Position numbers and translations under genes: made by a program
Notes under the pieces: generated by a model
Told to the model about the DNA's origin: nothing
Database searches by the model: none
Seen by the model: the letters and a program-made list of their open reading frames with translations, nothing else
Assembly: GCA_050273025.1 (NCBI GenBank)
Contig: CP158636.1
Coordinates: 1,798,001 to 1,862,000, forward strand
DNA from: Cenococcum geophilum
Taxonomy: Eukaryota
Reading direction: 5' to 3'
DNA: 64,000 nucleotides
Shown here: in pieces, positions 1-12,021 of the stretch
Position numbering within the stretch: position 1 is the first letter of the stretch
Layout: each line of letters opens with the position of its first letter

Positions 1-657
1 CGTAATGCTGTAGAAGACTAGGCAGCAAGCGCCAAGTGGGCTGCAGCTACCGTATCTTATTATCCGGCGCACGTGGTAGGTTAGTCTTGGCACGAGCGGT
101 TAGTCTTCAATTCTTGGAAGTATTCTGCGCTCTTAGTTTTCGACGAATGAGTTGTTCGATGTCCCCTTTGGTGGGATCTTGCGGTCAAAGCCTTAGGTCG
201 GCCCGGAAGCGGTTCTGGAAGGCAGGTAGGTCCCTCCTCGAGATGCACATTTTTAGACTGCTTGAGGTATACACCCATTTCTGGAGACGTCTTGCAAAGT
301 CTCTCTGAGATCTAGTACGCTAATAATTTATTTTTATTTTTGGGCATAACTTGCTTACATCAACTTCCATTAAAGTCATCTCGTTGGTCAAAAATGATAC
401 TCTCAAATCCTCATCGAAGAGCCCATCATAAACATCCGTAACTCGCGTCCAGCCTTTACCCATATAAATTCATCACAACTGTACCCAAATAGCCAATCCT
501 CTTACGCCATCAATGCCAAGCAACGTACTGACGTAGTGACACCCACGCTGTATTGTATAAACATATCTACAAGGCTCTTAGCCGTGCAAAGAAGCCACTC
601 TCAAAGGAACTAGCTGCCTTGCTCAGCCCCACTCGACTTCTGCACCATTCTCGTCAA

Positions 658-2134
658 TCAGACGTCTTCTTCTTGAATTCCAGGACTTCCCGGATTTGGC
701 CATGTGTATCGGACCAGAGAATTTTGTCGTGAAGAATATCCAGATGTATGACGTGATGGTCCGCCGAAACTTTCTCGGTGTTCGCTAGTAGACACTGCCA
801 TGATATTTGGCATCTCCACAGTACCCAGGGCGTAGCTGGGTACGCGTGGGACTTGAGGTTCTTCGTACAATGGAGCGGCCCAAGAATAGTCGCGAGAATA
901 GGTAGAAGTAGTGTCCATGATCGAATGTCGTGTCGATGCACCATCCGAACCGCGACTCGAAGCACTTGTCCTCTTCACTTTCCATACGCCGGTCCTACCG
1001 TCGGGCGCCAACGTGCTTCCCGGGTACTTCAAACTATCGGCCAGCGTCCGTGCATCAGAAAAGATGTCGGTTTCGTACTCTTGGATGGTTTCCCGGCTTT
1101 CCACGGGATGCCCCGTAACCTTCTTGTTGTTCGGGGCGTAATCACCTGGTCCTTTAGCGCCGTCAGGCACGTGGAACCTGAGGTCAAAGCGCACCATAGC
1201 GTAAAAGATAACAACGAGTATCTCAACAAGGAAGTCAAAAACGTAAAAGCAGGTTTTGGAAAAATACCACGGCGACGGGTCCCTGATGGGAACAGGTGGG
1301 ACGTAGCCGGTTCCTGCACGGAAGGCAGCGCCAAGACTGAGGACTGTGGAAGCCATAAAAAGCATAGTGATATTAGATCGCATACGGCCCTCGCCAAATT
1401 TTTCTATGCCCCGACGTGGAATTGCGAGGCTAATGAGTATCAAGGAATTAGGACCGAAAGCGAAAGCAGCAAAGTAGGTGGACCCAGTGAGCTGAAGGTA
1501 GCGATCGATCCGGTGGATATTCTTGGAGAGCGTAAAGAACGATTGAAGCGCAGCGACAATAAGCATTATTAGACAAAGGATGAGGAGAAAAAGACCAGCA
1601 CGATGGAAAATCCTATAAGATGTTGACCACCCTAGCCGGGGGTGCAGCGCTCGAACGATTCGTTGTGCAAAGAACCAGTTCATGATGAAGAGGATTACCG
1701 TACCAACGTAGACAAAGATTTGCGCAGCAATTCCCAGGCTGACATTCCTTGGATAGCATGCCCATGCTATGCGGAGTGACATGGTGGCTATTCGAATTTT
1801 GCAAAATCCTTGGACAAGTTAGTGCCTGATCAATAGAAAGCAATTAGACAACTTACCGAACATCATGGCAGAGAATATGAACTTGTGGCCGCGTGCCTTG
1901 TTTTTCCTGAAAACCACAAAATGGATAATCCCAAAAATAACATAAAGAAGAAGAAAGACGCTGGTGATGGGTACATCAGGAATGACACTTGGGAGTCCAC
2001 CCAAACTGGCTGTTTGTGGAGCATATGGAGGGCCTGAGGGCTGTTGTTGACCCTATGCAGCGTAAGTATTGTTCTCCTCAAAAGACATGAGCGTAGCTGG
2101 GTGGATAGATACATACCTGGTGCGAGGAGGACAT
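658..2134 (-). CDS. DUF3112-like multi-pass membrane protein, 3 exons (approx. 2134-2117, 2053-1857, 1808-658)
   Basis: Spliced reading MSSSHQ|GQQQPSGPPYAPQTASLGGLPSVIPDVPITSVFLLLY...HKFIFSAMMFG|FCKIRIATMSLRIAWACYP... Introns are GT-AG, with GTATGT and GTAAGT donors and a CTAAC branch site. About 7 hydrophobic segments, then a Ser-rich tail. Confidence 0.8.
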
Positions 2135-3911
2135 GATAGCGATTGAAAGATGAACAACCACCAACTCTCAAAGGAGTCAAACTGCGAAAGCAGCTCAGGA
2201 CATGGCATATATCAAGGTGGATTTTCCACAGTACGCGCGGGGCCGATCCGTGAGTTCAATCTCTTAGCATGAGACTGAACCGTGGAAAAACACTACGAGG
2301 TGATGACTGTGCATGATTGCGCACAATAGAGACCAATCAGAAGACAGTAAACTTGGCCTTACTCAAGACGGAAGCGTTCTTCAACCTTGCCGCGAGCATA
2401 GCGGCTGCTTTAGCTCTTCATGGCGGTCTGCCGATCCATTTTGGTAACACCTCGAAACCCTTGAACAGAGATGGACAAGTCCCTGCTCTTGCAGACCACC
2501 CTTGTGGTATGGCCAGGTTAAGATGCTCAAGTTGGGACGATCAGTTTCGGGTCTCCATGCAGAAGACCGTAGCTCGCGTGCGTGGTGTTGAGCCATGGCG
2601 CGGAGCTGGAAAGTCCGTGCGTCCGATCCACAACGTCATTAGTTAATATCTTAGCTGTGACTGGTGCAAATAGGTCGACTTTTCACTAGCTTCGCGAATA
2701 CTCAAAGTTGAGTACAGCCACTACGGAAGATCCCAGAAAAAAGGACAAGGGGGTAACATGAACGGGTCAGATGCTCCCCCTGCTAGTACGGTGAAGAAAT
2801 AAGCGAGTCTAAAGTGACATAGCGGGACTAGGTTATTTTGTTTACCTTGTAGAACTCTAGAGGCATCTTTGAAAAAGCCTATCGATTCAGACCACTCCAG
2901 GGCTGAGACAGCGCAATTAAAATAAATGCTTTACATAGGCCATCGAAATCCAGGCACATGTTCCCTAGTCGACCAAGGTACCTAGTACTACTGATATCCT
3001 CTAGCTCTACCATGTTTCACAATTCTACTCAACTGTATGTTTTCTATGTGTGTGCTCATTCTCATTACTCTCTCACTCCATCCACTATTCACTGTGCCCC
3101 TACCCTCCGGAAAAATCCATTAAGTAAGGCAAAGATAGTCCAGCTATGCACCTGGGGAAGATCTGCACAATGCTATTATCCAACTGGTAAGAAAATACCG
3201 ACATACAGTAGTAGAGGTCAGTATGACCAGGTCCTCCCTCTGGTCATTATCGTTGTCGAGTAGTTCGGCTCCCAGCGTGGACGTGCGTTGGGTACCATGA
3301 CAACGACGTTGGCCAAGAGCTTTCTCGCCAACATGAGCAGCGTCTGTGCTGAGGCACAAAAGCTTGGATCGTGCAATAGTGCAATTCATTTACACATTGT
3401 GTAGTGCTTAAGTAGGGCGACAAGCCCATTTTTGAGCTGGCTGCATTGACAACAGTAAATAATCGCGTCATGCAAGCTGTCAAATGCACAGTGACAATTA
3501 ACAATTACAGCTTATCCCACAGCATATTCCTGGCCGATCCCGTTCAGGAGTCACGTCCGCGGGTTGGTTAGTGTTATTACTTTCGTCATATGTGATAAAT
3601 GGTAATTTTCTTGGCAGGGTCCTGTAGCTCGAAGCGTTACCGTAGATGGTGCAAGAAGAAACCGTCATAGGAGTCTTTCTGACGATTCTCTTTTCAGGAC
3701 AGACAAAAGATTCGGCCCCATTTCGAACTTCTCAACTGCAAAGGGCAGTAGAGAGAGTGAGGTTGACCGTGGGTAAACTTCTGTACGGTCCTTAGACTTT
3801 GCAATAGCTCGTAGAGAGGATAGAATTAGCGATAATCTCGATCTACTGTCACTTGTATATGAAGTCAACATAGTTAGGATGTCTTTAAATTTTTGTTCGT
3901 AGTCAAAAACC

Positions 3912-5952
3912 TTAGGAACTGCCAACATATTTCTTGACTACTTCCCTAAATCCCATCTTGCCTTCACTACCATCCCAGACGTATTCCTCGGTGGGCTTTA
4001 GGCGCTCGGCCCACCTCCAATGCAACGCCATTGTTCCGTTCTCCAGCCTGACTCCCAGCTGTTTCTGGTCTTGTCTCTTTTGATGTGCCATTGCTTTCGA
4101 GATCTCCGGAGTCCGATCACTAGGTAGCCATCCATTGTGTTCGCTAGCAATCAGTGAATGCGACAGATCGAGTGAGAGTAGAAGATCGATGTAGGAAGTT
4201 AACTCTGGTAATGAGGTGAAGCTGAAATTCCGTTTCGTATCTGTTGCAGAGAAAAGGATGGCGACGGAGCAAGGAGGCAGGGTTAGGGTGTATTCTGTGC
4301 CGAAAGTTTGTGGAGTGACATGAGTCCAGATTTCTACTAGTACCTCCTCTTGTAGAGCAGGATTGATGACAGAGGAGGGCAGGCAGAGGGTTGCGGTTGT
4401 TTTGGACGGGTTTATGAGCGTGCTGACAAGCTTGTCAAGTAACGAGGCGTTCTCCTTGGTCGATTCGCCTATGTTATCTGAGAGGTTTGACAACTTAGGA
4501 TCAAAGTCGAGCTTGAATGTAACATCCAAGCCAGCGCTGAAAAGTGTCTTCCTAGTTCGGCTGAAGTAGTCCCGTATTGAATTGATAGCTTTGCTATTCT
4601 GGAAGTAGTTGAGTAATGGCCGTAGTATAGGAGGGGGCGAGGTTTGGGGTTTACGTTCGGACAAAGGAAGTGGTATTTGCGATCGGCGATGTAAGCGCTG
4701 TCTATGCGCATATGAGAGTAGTACCCGGAGTGCTTCTGCAGTATTTTGAGCAATCATGTCCGATGAATGGCCATTGGTTTCCGACAGTGCCTCGTCCAAC
4801 GGTACTATATCAATAAGAATCGTACGTGGAACTTCCGAGAGACTATCAGAAGTAGGTGCTGGTAAATGGATGACTGAGTCTCGGAGCTTCACATCATAAG
4901 ATAATAGGATGCGGGTTTCCAAAGATATCTCATGGTAGAGCTCTTCTTCGAAGAGAGAATTTCGTGCACGGCGTATAAGATCTTCGATAGATGGATGTAG
5001 GATATCATCTGGAGAGGGAAGCTTGGAGGTTCCCGTAATCTTGCCATCTTGGACAATACGCACGCGGACGGCTTTGGGTCTTTGAGTAAGCTCTGCGTCT
5101 AGGATGATACTACCATCACCATTCATACGTAATGGTGCAAATCCACGTCCCTTGAAGTAATCGCTCGCTAGTTCCAAATTACCATTTCAATTCAACAAAG
5201 CAATATACAGCAACCAACCTTCAGAAAATCCAAACTGCACACCTAAAGTGTGCTTCTCCTTTGGTATCCGGCGGACTGACCACCCTTTCTTGGAGATGGA
5301 GAGAACCTGTTCCCAGTATTGAGTTTCCTTCCTGACCTCATTTTCCAGCCGAGTCGCTGCTTTTAAGACGGAATCTGCAGCAGATTCAAGCCCTTTCATC
5401 CTCCATCCTTTTGCGACAAGGTCTTGCTTCCGTTTATCTGACTCTTCGGGCTCTGATATCGGCCACTTATCGAAGCCTAGGGATCCTTTGGGCACTCCGG
5501 ACTGTTTTAATGAAGGGGACATTGTGATATCAGCCGTGTTGGGGGAGTCTTTCGAGACTAGTAGAGAGATGAAGTCAAGCGCGACCATTGCTTCGTTATG
5601 GGCTACCCTGAGGCCATGTCAGCTGTTTAGTCGGAAGAAACTACAAAACAAGGAGATCACACTACCCTATAAGCTGCTGCATTTGAGCTTTGGCAGCATA
5701 GATCTCTGCGCGACGTTCCTTTTCACCGGTGGCTGCTGGAGCCTCAGTATTCTCAACGCCTTCCATAACATTAACAGGTTCATCTTCAGCGTTATTAATC
5801 TCCTCCTGGAGACCCTCTTCAGTGATGTGCCGAAAATGGCCGCGCTGTTGGTAGAGGCGCTGCAGCTGCAGCTGGAGGTCTTCGGAGCCTGGGTCCTCCG
5901 TCGGCCAGGGCCGAAGCGACGCTGGGACAGACCCAGGCCCAATATCAGTCAT
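3912..5952 (-). CDS. MED17: Mediator complex subunit Med17 (Srb4), 3 exons
   Basis: Characteristic motifs SLRPWP, RGHFRHITEEGLQEEI, ALDFISLLVSK, E+KYWEQVL, LGVQFGFSE and ARNSLFEEELYHEI. ORFs 5662-5952, 5187-5588 and 3912-5177 are joined by two introns. Confidence 0.92.
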
Positions 5953-6157
5953 GCTTCGGGTTCTTCACGGAACGCTTAGTAGAGTGGCGATGGTTGGTTG
6001 TCACAATGAGGTTCGGAAAGGATTGGACCTTGCATAAGGCTACTTGGCGTCGGGGAGTTATCGATAAGAAGCAAGCTTATTAGCCTGGAGCATGACCAGC
6101 AAACTCCAAAAGCTTCAACTGACACTCACTACCCTGCTGGCTACCACAACAACCATA

Positions 6158-7869
6158 ATGACAACAAGGTACAGAGTAGAGTGTAAGTATACGACCATGC
6201 CATTGACCAACTTTATATTTGCTAACGTCATGTCTAGATGCTCTCAAGGTCCGCCAATCCTCGGACCCAATACATGGAGACAAGCATGCTGACATCTGCG
6301 CCTTAAGACGCACCGTCGCGACCAATTGGTAAGCATTACCTGAGGACGGATTACAGAGCCAATTTGCTCACTATTTCTGTAGATAGAATGGATCAAGGTG
6401 CGGTTTTCCAAATTGCTCAGCTCCGCCTGTCACACGGATCCCCGCACCCAGAGTTTCGCATCTTTACAAGTTGGTTCGAGCTGACATGGAACCAAGGGGC
6501 TTCTGGCAGTGCCCTTTGTGCTGCACTCGCAGCCCACGGCTGTATTTGAACCTCACCGGGAAACCATGGAGCAGATGGCTATGAATGCTCAGCGTCGATA
6601 TAACGAGATAATGAGGGATATTGAAGAGCTAATCAATGACCACAGTTTGTTCTCTCAAAGAGTAATCATGTGGATTTATTAATGATTACTTGGCTTTAGT
6701 TGCGCACCAGAAGGCTGGCACGCATGACCGCTCCAAACTCAAACTCCTCGTTCCGTCTGTAGCTACATTCTTCACACCGCTCCTACTCCATGATGCTTTT
6801 GTATGGCAAGACCAACGGCGATTTATCAGTTACCGCCGATTCGTCCCACCATCCTTCAACGACATTAGGCTGATACTCAACACAGCTCAGGTTATGAGCT
6901 TGGTTCGCGGCGGGCCGCTTGAACTGGTCACGTTCGATGGAGATGTGACGTTATATGATGACGGCCAATCACTAACTATGGATAACGTCGTAATCCCACG
7001 TATACTTGGGCTTATGCGAAAGGGTACCAGAATTGGCATAGTCACAGCTGCTGGATATACCGAGGGACGGCGGTACTATGAGAGACTTCATGGATTACTT
7101 GATGCACTGCACGCGTCCGATCTCCCTATCTCTCTCAAACAAAACTTAATTGTTCTGGGTGGAGAGAGCAACTATTGTTTCAAGTTCGCAGAGGATAGTC
7201 CAGACTTGTTGAAACTAGTGCCACGCAAAGAATGGTTGCTGGATGAGATGTTGCTTTGGCAGGAAGCGGATATTACAGAGCTGTTAGACGTTGCTGAAAC
7301 TGCTTTGCGAGATTGCATTAATTACATGCATCTCTCCGCTGATATCCTCCGAAAGGAGAGGGCTGTAGGTATTATCCCGCAGGCCGGGACAAAATTTGCC
7401 AGGGAGTCGCTGGAGGAGACCGTGCTAGTTACACAAAAGATACTTGTACGCCTTAGCCTCTTCCGTCTATATAATGTCTGCTTAATAATAGTACAGGAAA
7501 TGTCGACAGTCGGCCGCCGCCTTCCATTCTGCGCCTTTAATGGTAAACGCCTCATTTCTTCATGTATAGATCCATGACTTCGTTCCTTACCTTTTAATAT
7601 CTCTTAAGCTAACCTTACTAGGCGGTAACGACGTGTTTGTTGATATCGGTGACAAGTCATGGGGCGTACTCGCCTGCCAGCGCTTCTTTGGCGGCATTGA
7701 GGGCAGCAAAACACTCCACGTAGGCGACCAATTCCTCTCCGCTGGAGCAAATGACTTCAAAGCTCGCCTAGTATGCACGACAGCATGGATAGCGAACCCA
7801 GCAGAGACGGTGCAATTGCTTGATGAGATTGCAGAATTAGACGAAATGCAACAGCGGAAGACAAGATAG
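6158..7869 (+). CDS. ISN1: IMP-specific 5'-nucleotidase (HAD family), 8 exons: 6158-6182, 6238-6248, 6308-6328, 6383-6397, 6497-6644, 6700-7445, 7497-7542, 7622-7869
   Basis: Splicing gives MTTRYRVEYALKTHRRDQLIEWIKGLLAVPFVLH..., then LVTFDGDVTLYDDG, GIVTAAGY, GGESNY, FCAFNGGNDVFVDIGDKS and HVGDQFLSAGANDFKAR. Confidence 0.95.
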
Positions 7870-8278
7870 AAAGCTATGAGAGATGTGAATGTAGGGCATG
7901 AGATACCAGGCGTTTGTTCACAGATTTTTGAAAGCTATTTAACGAATCGTGCATGGGGATGCAAGATATGCGAATGAGCGTTTTTAAATATGTTGGATAA
8001 CTGCTGGATAGCCTGCTGTGGAATCTGCTAGATGGATATCAACTAAAGTTTAGTAGTAACTGAAATAACTGCTACTCGAAAATACCATTGGCTTTTACCT
8101 AATTGGGCCCGTTCTAGAAATCTTCGGGTGTTAATACAGAGTCAAGAAAGCACTCCATGGAAATGTATGGCTGTTTCCCGGTTCAACCTCGGCACCAACT
8201 CCAACGTCATAGCTCCCACCCGTTGATTGCAATCAACCGCCGTCTCTCAGAGCTCACCACTCTCTCTCTACAGCACCA

Positions 8279-9496
8279 ATGGCATCCAAACGAGCAACAG
8301 CAACGGCGACAGCCCTCCGCCTCACCCCCCAACCCTCTCCACGAGCAGCCACATCCTATCTCCGCACAACTCCGCCCTTCCTCTCCCCCCACCGCCGCCA
8401 CATCTCCGCCTACGGCTACGAGCAAGCCAAAGCCCTCACCTTTTCCAAATACGGCGAGCCCGCTGACGTGCTCTCGCTCCACACTCACTCCATCTCCCCC
8501 GCCCACTCGCACAACCTCACCCTGCGCTTCCTCGCCGCGCCCATCAACCCCGCCGACATAAACCAAATCCAAGGCGTCTACCCCTCCAAGCCCGCCTTCA
8601 CAACGGCCCTCGGCACCGCAACCCCCATCGCCGTCGCGGGCAACGAAGGCGTCGCCGAAGTCATCTCGCTCGGCTCATCCGTCAAAGGGCTCGCAAAGGG
8701 CGACTGGGTGATGATGAAAGCGCCCGGGTTCGGGACGTGGCGGACGCACGCGCAAACGACGCCCGAGCACGTCACGCGGCTCGAGGACCGCCGCGGCATC
8801 TCCGCCATCACCGCCGCGACCGTCAGCGTCAACCCGTGCACGGCCTACCGCATGCTGCGCGGCTTCGGGGCGATGCGGCCGGGCGACTGGTTCGTGCAGA
8901 ACGGGGCGAACGGCGGCGTCGGGCGCGCCGCGATCCAGCTCGCGCGCGTCTGGGGCTTCAGGTCGCTGAACATCGTGCGCGGGCGGGCGGAAGGGACGGA
9001 CGAGCTGGCGCGGGAGCTGCGCGACCTCGGCGCTGACGTCGTCGTGACGGATGCGGAGCTGCAGGCACCTGAGTTCCGCGAGCGCGTCAAGGAGTGGACG
9101 GCCGGCGGGCGTGAGCCCGTCAAGCTGGCGCTGAACTGTGTGGGCGGGAAGCCCGCGACCGCGATGGCAAAGGTGCTGGCGCCGGGCGGGCATTTCGTGA
9201 CCTATGGGGCTATGTCGAAGCAGCCGTTGACGCTGCCGGCGTCGTTGCTGATTTTTAAGGATGTGCATTTTCATGGGTTTTGGGTTAGCAAGTGGGCGGA
9301 GCGCGAGCCGGACGAGAAGAAGCGCACGGTCGAGCATGTGCTGGAGTTGGTAAGGAAGGGCGAGTTTAAGGATGTGCCGGTGGAGGAGTTGCTGTGGGAG
9401 TGGGAGACTAAGGAGGAGGAGCTGATAGGTGCGGTGAAGGGCACCCTTGAGGGCTTTAGAAAGGGGAAGGGGGTGTTTGTTTTCGGGAGAACGTGA
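8279..9496 (+). CDS. ETR1: Mitochondrial trans-2-enoyl thioester reductase (MDR family), intronless
   Basis: 405-aa ORF with an Arg/Ala/Ser-rich presequence and the motifs AAPINPADINQIQGVYP, GNEG, SVNPCTAYRML, QNGANGGVG, LALNCVGG and VTYGAMSKQP. Confidence 0.93.
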   Translation: MASKRATATATALRLTPQPSPRAATSYLRTTPPFLSPHRRHISAYGYEQAKALTFSKYGEPADVLSLHTHSISPAHSHNLTLRFLAAPINPADINQIQGVYPSKPAFTTALGTATPIAVAGNEGVAEVISLGSSVKGLAKGDWVMMKAPGFGTWRTHAQTTPEHVTRLEDRRGISAITAATVSVNPCTAYRMLRGFGAMRPGDWFVQNGANGGVGRAAIQLARVWGFRSLNIVRGRAEGTDELARELRDLGADVVVTDAELQAPEFRERVKEWTAGGREPVKLALNCVGGKPATAMAKVLAPGGHFVTYGAMSKQPLTLPASLLIFKDVHFHGFWVSKWAEREPDEKKRTVEHVLELVRKGEFKDVPVEELLWEWETKEEELIGAVKGTLEGFRKGKGVFVFGRT

Positions 9497-10634
9497 GGGG
9501 TTTCCGCGGAAGGGAGCGGGTGGATGTAGAGGTGAGAACTGGGGGTTGACACAGAAAAGGGCTTTGCGGTGGATTAGGGACTGCATTGCAGGTGTTTTTG
9601 GCTTCGCAGGGGAGGGGTTTAGAAACGTTTATTGTATATATTTGGTAGACTGGCGAACAGTCGCTGCAGCGAACATACTATGAGAGGCAATGTAAATTAG
9701 CTGAATGGAAAATAAAAGAAGTTTAATTATCTACTTCTAATACTGCCAGCGGAGAAAGTTAATTGTAGGAACTCGTCCAGGCCAGTGCCAGTTCCAAGCC
9801 CCATCTGCTCTAAGCACTTGCTTGATACTTTCTGCGAAAAGTAGCGTGGATATTGGGAAAAGGGAACCAAGGGCTTCAGCTAATATGACAAGTACTCCAT
9901 TCGCGGCTATCCGAGATTAGTGCCATCGATCTTCGCAACACCATACTCCCTATCCTGCCCTTAGTTGTCACTAGGCAGGAAATTAGCGACGCGCTCCCAT
10001 CGCATCAAAAGGCATTGAGGGTTAAGTTGGGTCAGCACAAAACCAGAATCAACCTGACTAGCCAGCCCAGCCGTCAGACTCAGCAAATCACATTTCCCAG
10101 AGCCAGCAAATCCCAGCATTTCCCCCGCCGCACAGCCCTATCCGTAGCAGACACGAATCACAGCAGCACGATTGGACGCAGGGCAAAAAAAGCAAAGAGT
10201 CTCGACAAAGGAAACTGGAATATTTTTGGGGCTCCGGCCGATCGGAGCGCCCTCTCGAAGCATATACAGAGAATATATAACAAGGAAAATAAAGGTGCAT
10301 GGTATATAGTAGTAGGAGCAGGAGTAGTAGTGGGTGTAGTGTGTAGTGTAGTGAGGGAGAAGCGCGCTATACAAGTGCTTTACTCCCTTTATAATTCCAA
10401 CCTAGATGTGCAAAGTGTCCCTGGTCTCTATGACTATGGGTAATAGGGGACGCTGAGAGTCCCTAAGGGATATTACGGCTTTCCCTTCCCGCCTTCTTTC
10501 CTTCCTTCCTTCCTCCCTCCGCCTCGCTGTGCTAGAGTCTTTTTCCTTCCCTCCGCGTTCTGAGCCTGGGGTATCGTGTATCCAACGAAATGAACAACCG
10601 CTGCCCTCCCTCCTGCACAGCCTCGCCAAATCCC

Positions 10635-11273
10635 TCACTTAATATCCTTGAACATCTCCTCCGCCCCCAACGACACCGCCTCCTCCTCCACCCCCAAACT
10701 CTTCAGCTCCGGCAACGCCGGCGGCGGCGGACCCATCCGCACGACCTGCGCCTTCTTCTCCTTCACCGGCTCCACGCGCCCCACAACCGTCACCTGCTCA
10801 ACCACCATCCCCGACCGCGCAAACATGGCGCTCCTGCGCCTCCCAAACCAGCCCCCGCTCTTCTTCCGCGTCCCGCCGCTGCTCCGCGTGTCCGGACTCC
10901 CCGGCCGCTCCGCGCCGACGCTGCGCAGGCTGTCCGAGCTGCCGAGCGTCCGCAGCCCGAGGAACTTCCGCACCGAGCCTGGGCGCTGCTTGCTCAGGGT
11001 TGGCGAGAGCGGCTGCGATGTCGGGCTGCCTGGGCCGGAGGAGGTCGAGGGGACGGTGGCGAGCGGGTCGAGGCCGTTTGTCGCCGAGGGGGTTGGCGGG
11101 TAGGCGCCTGGCATTGTTGCGGCGGCGGCGGTGGGGTGCGAGGAGAGGGGTCCCTTGTTGGGGGTTGGGAGCCGCGGTGTTAAAGGGGGGGAGGCGGGGG
11201 GGGCGGGGATGGAGGTGCCGTCCGTGAGGGAGAAGTTGATTGGGGAGAGGGTGAGGGGAGTGTATTTTGCCAT
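10635..11273 (-). CDS. Pro/Ser-rich hypothetical protein (~212 aa)
   Basis: The ATG of MAKYTPLTLSPINFSLTDGT in ORF 10635-11660 sits in a good context (gcaacaATGG). The ORF is GC-rich and ends GPPPPALPELK...LGAEEMFKDIK, a plausible conserved C-terminus. Confidence 0.65.
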   Translation of the reverse strand: MAKYTPLTLSPINFSLTDGTSIPAPPASPPLTPRLPTPNKGPLSSHPTAAAATMPGAYPPTPSATNGLDPLATVPSTSSGPGSPTSQPLSPTLSKQRPGSVRKFLGLRTLGSSDSLRSVGAERPGSPDTRSSGGTRKKSGGWFGRRRSAMFARSGMVVEQVTVVGRVEPVKEKKAQVVRMGPPPPALPELKSLGVEEEAVSLGAEEMFKDIK

Positions 11274-11740
11274 TGTTGCGGGTTGAGGAGAGGGAGGGAG
11301 TTTGAATCTGGTCGGGCGTGCGATCTTGAGTGCGCTGAGGTTGAGTGCAGGGTGTGATCGTCGTGGTGGTGGTGTTGGCGGTGGTGGGGAGTGCTGGCCA
11401 GGACGGCGCGTGAGTTCAGGTTCTCGGGAGGGCTTTGGCGGACGGGGGACTGGAACACGCGGCGGAGCGGCGGTGGTCGAGGAGCGTGCAATTAGAGTCC
11501 CTGGCCGGAGCTCGGGACATGTATAGCTCTGGGCTTGGTTGGATGCGCACTGCGAGGGTTGATTTGCAGCAGTGTGGCATCCCCGTCTATTTTTTTGGAT
11601 AGACGTTAGGAGTGGAGGTTGTTTTGACAGGGTGGTGACAGGAACAGGGGAGGTCCACAACGAAAAGGCCAGCCGTTTGTGTTCGGAGCAGCGCGCGACA
11701 ATCCCTTAGCGACCAATCTAGACCGCATGGGGGCCTGACA

Positions 11741-11793
11741 GCCAGCCGTGCCAGCCGTGCCAGCCATGCCAGCCACGCCGGCCATACCAGCCC
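11741..11793. repeat. Degenerate 9-bp tandem repeat (GCCAGCCRY, about 6 units) next to CCAAT motifs, upstream of the hypothetical gene
   Basis: gccagccgt gccagccgt gccagccat gccagccac gccggccat accagccc read directly. Confidence 0.7.
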
Positions 11794-12021
11794 AATCATC
11801 AATTGGCGATGTCAGCCTATCAACTTAGCCTGGCGGACAATGCCTTTTTTTCATTTCACATACTTTATTCAGTTTGTTCATCCCATCGACGGGTTTTTCA
11901 CCAGGCGCTGCAGACGAGGTGCTACTATCCCTTGATCTATCACATTGCATATATGCAGACGAAATATAAAAACATCCCGGTGAAATATATGCCACGCTCA
12001 TTACATTCATCCCATAAACTC

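Noticed and set aside
1..310. 90-aa and 65-aa ORFs at the window start
   Set aside because: No recognisable homology; may be the tail of an upstream feature but cannot be supported.
2317..3504. Short ORFs between the DUF3112 gene and MED17
   Set aside because: No motif, coherent splice model or codon bias recognised.
8675..9586. Long antisense or overlapping ORFs over ETR1 (also over PFK, the DUF3112 gene and the 10.6-kb gene)
   Set aside because: Shadow ORFs from GC-rich codon bias, with no recognisable motifs.
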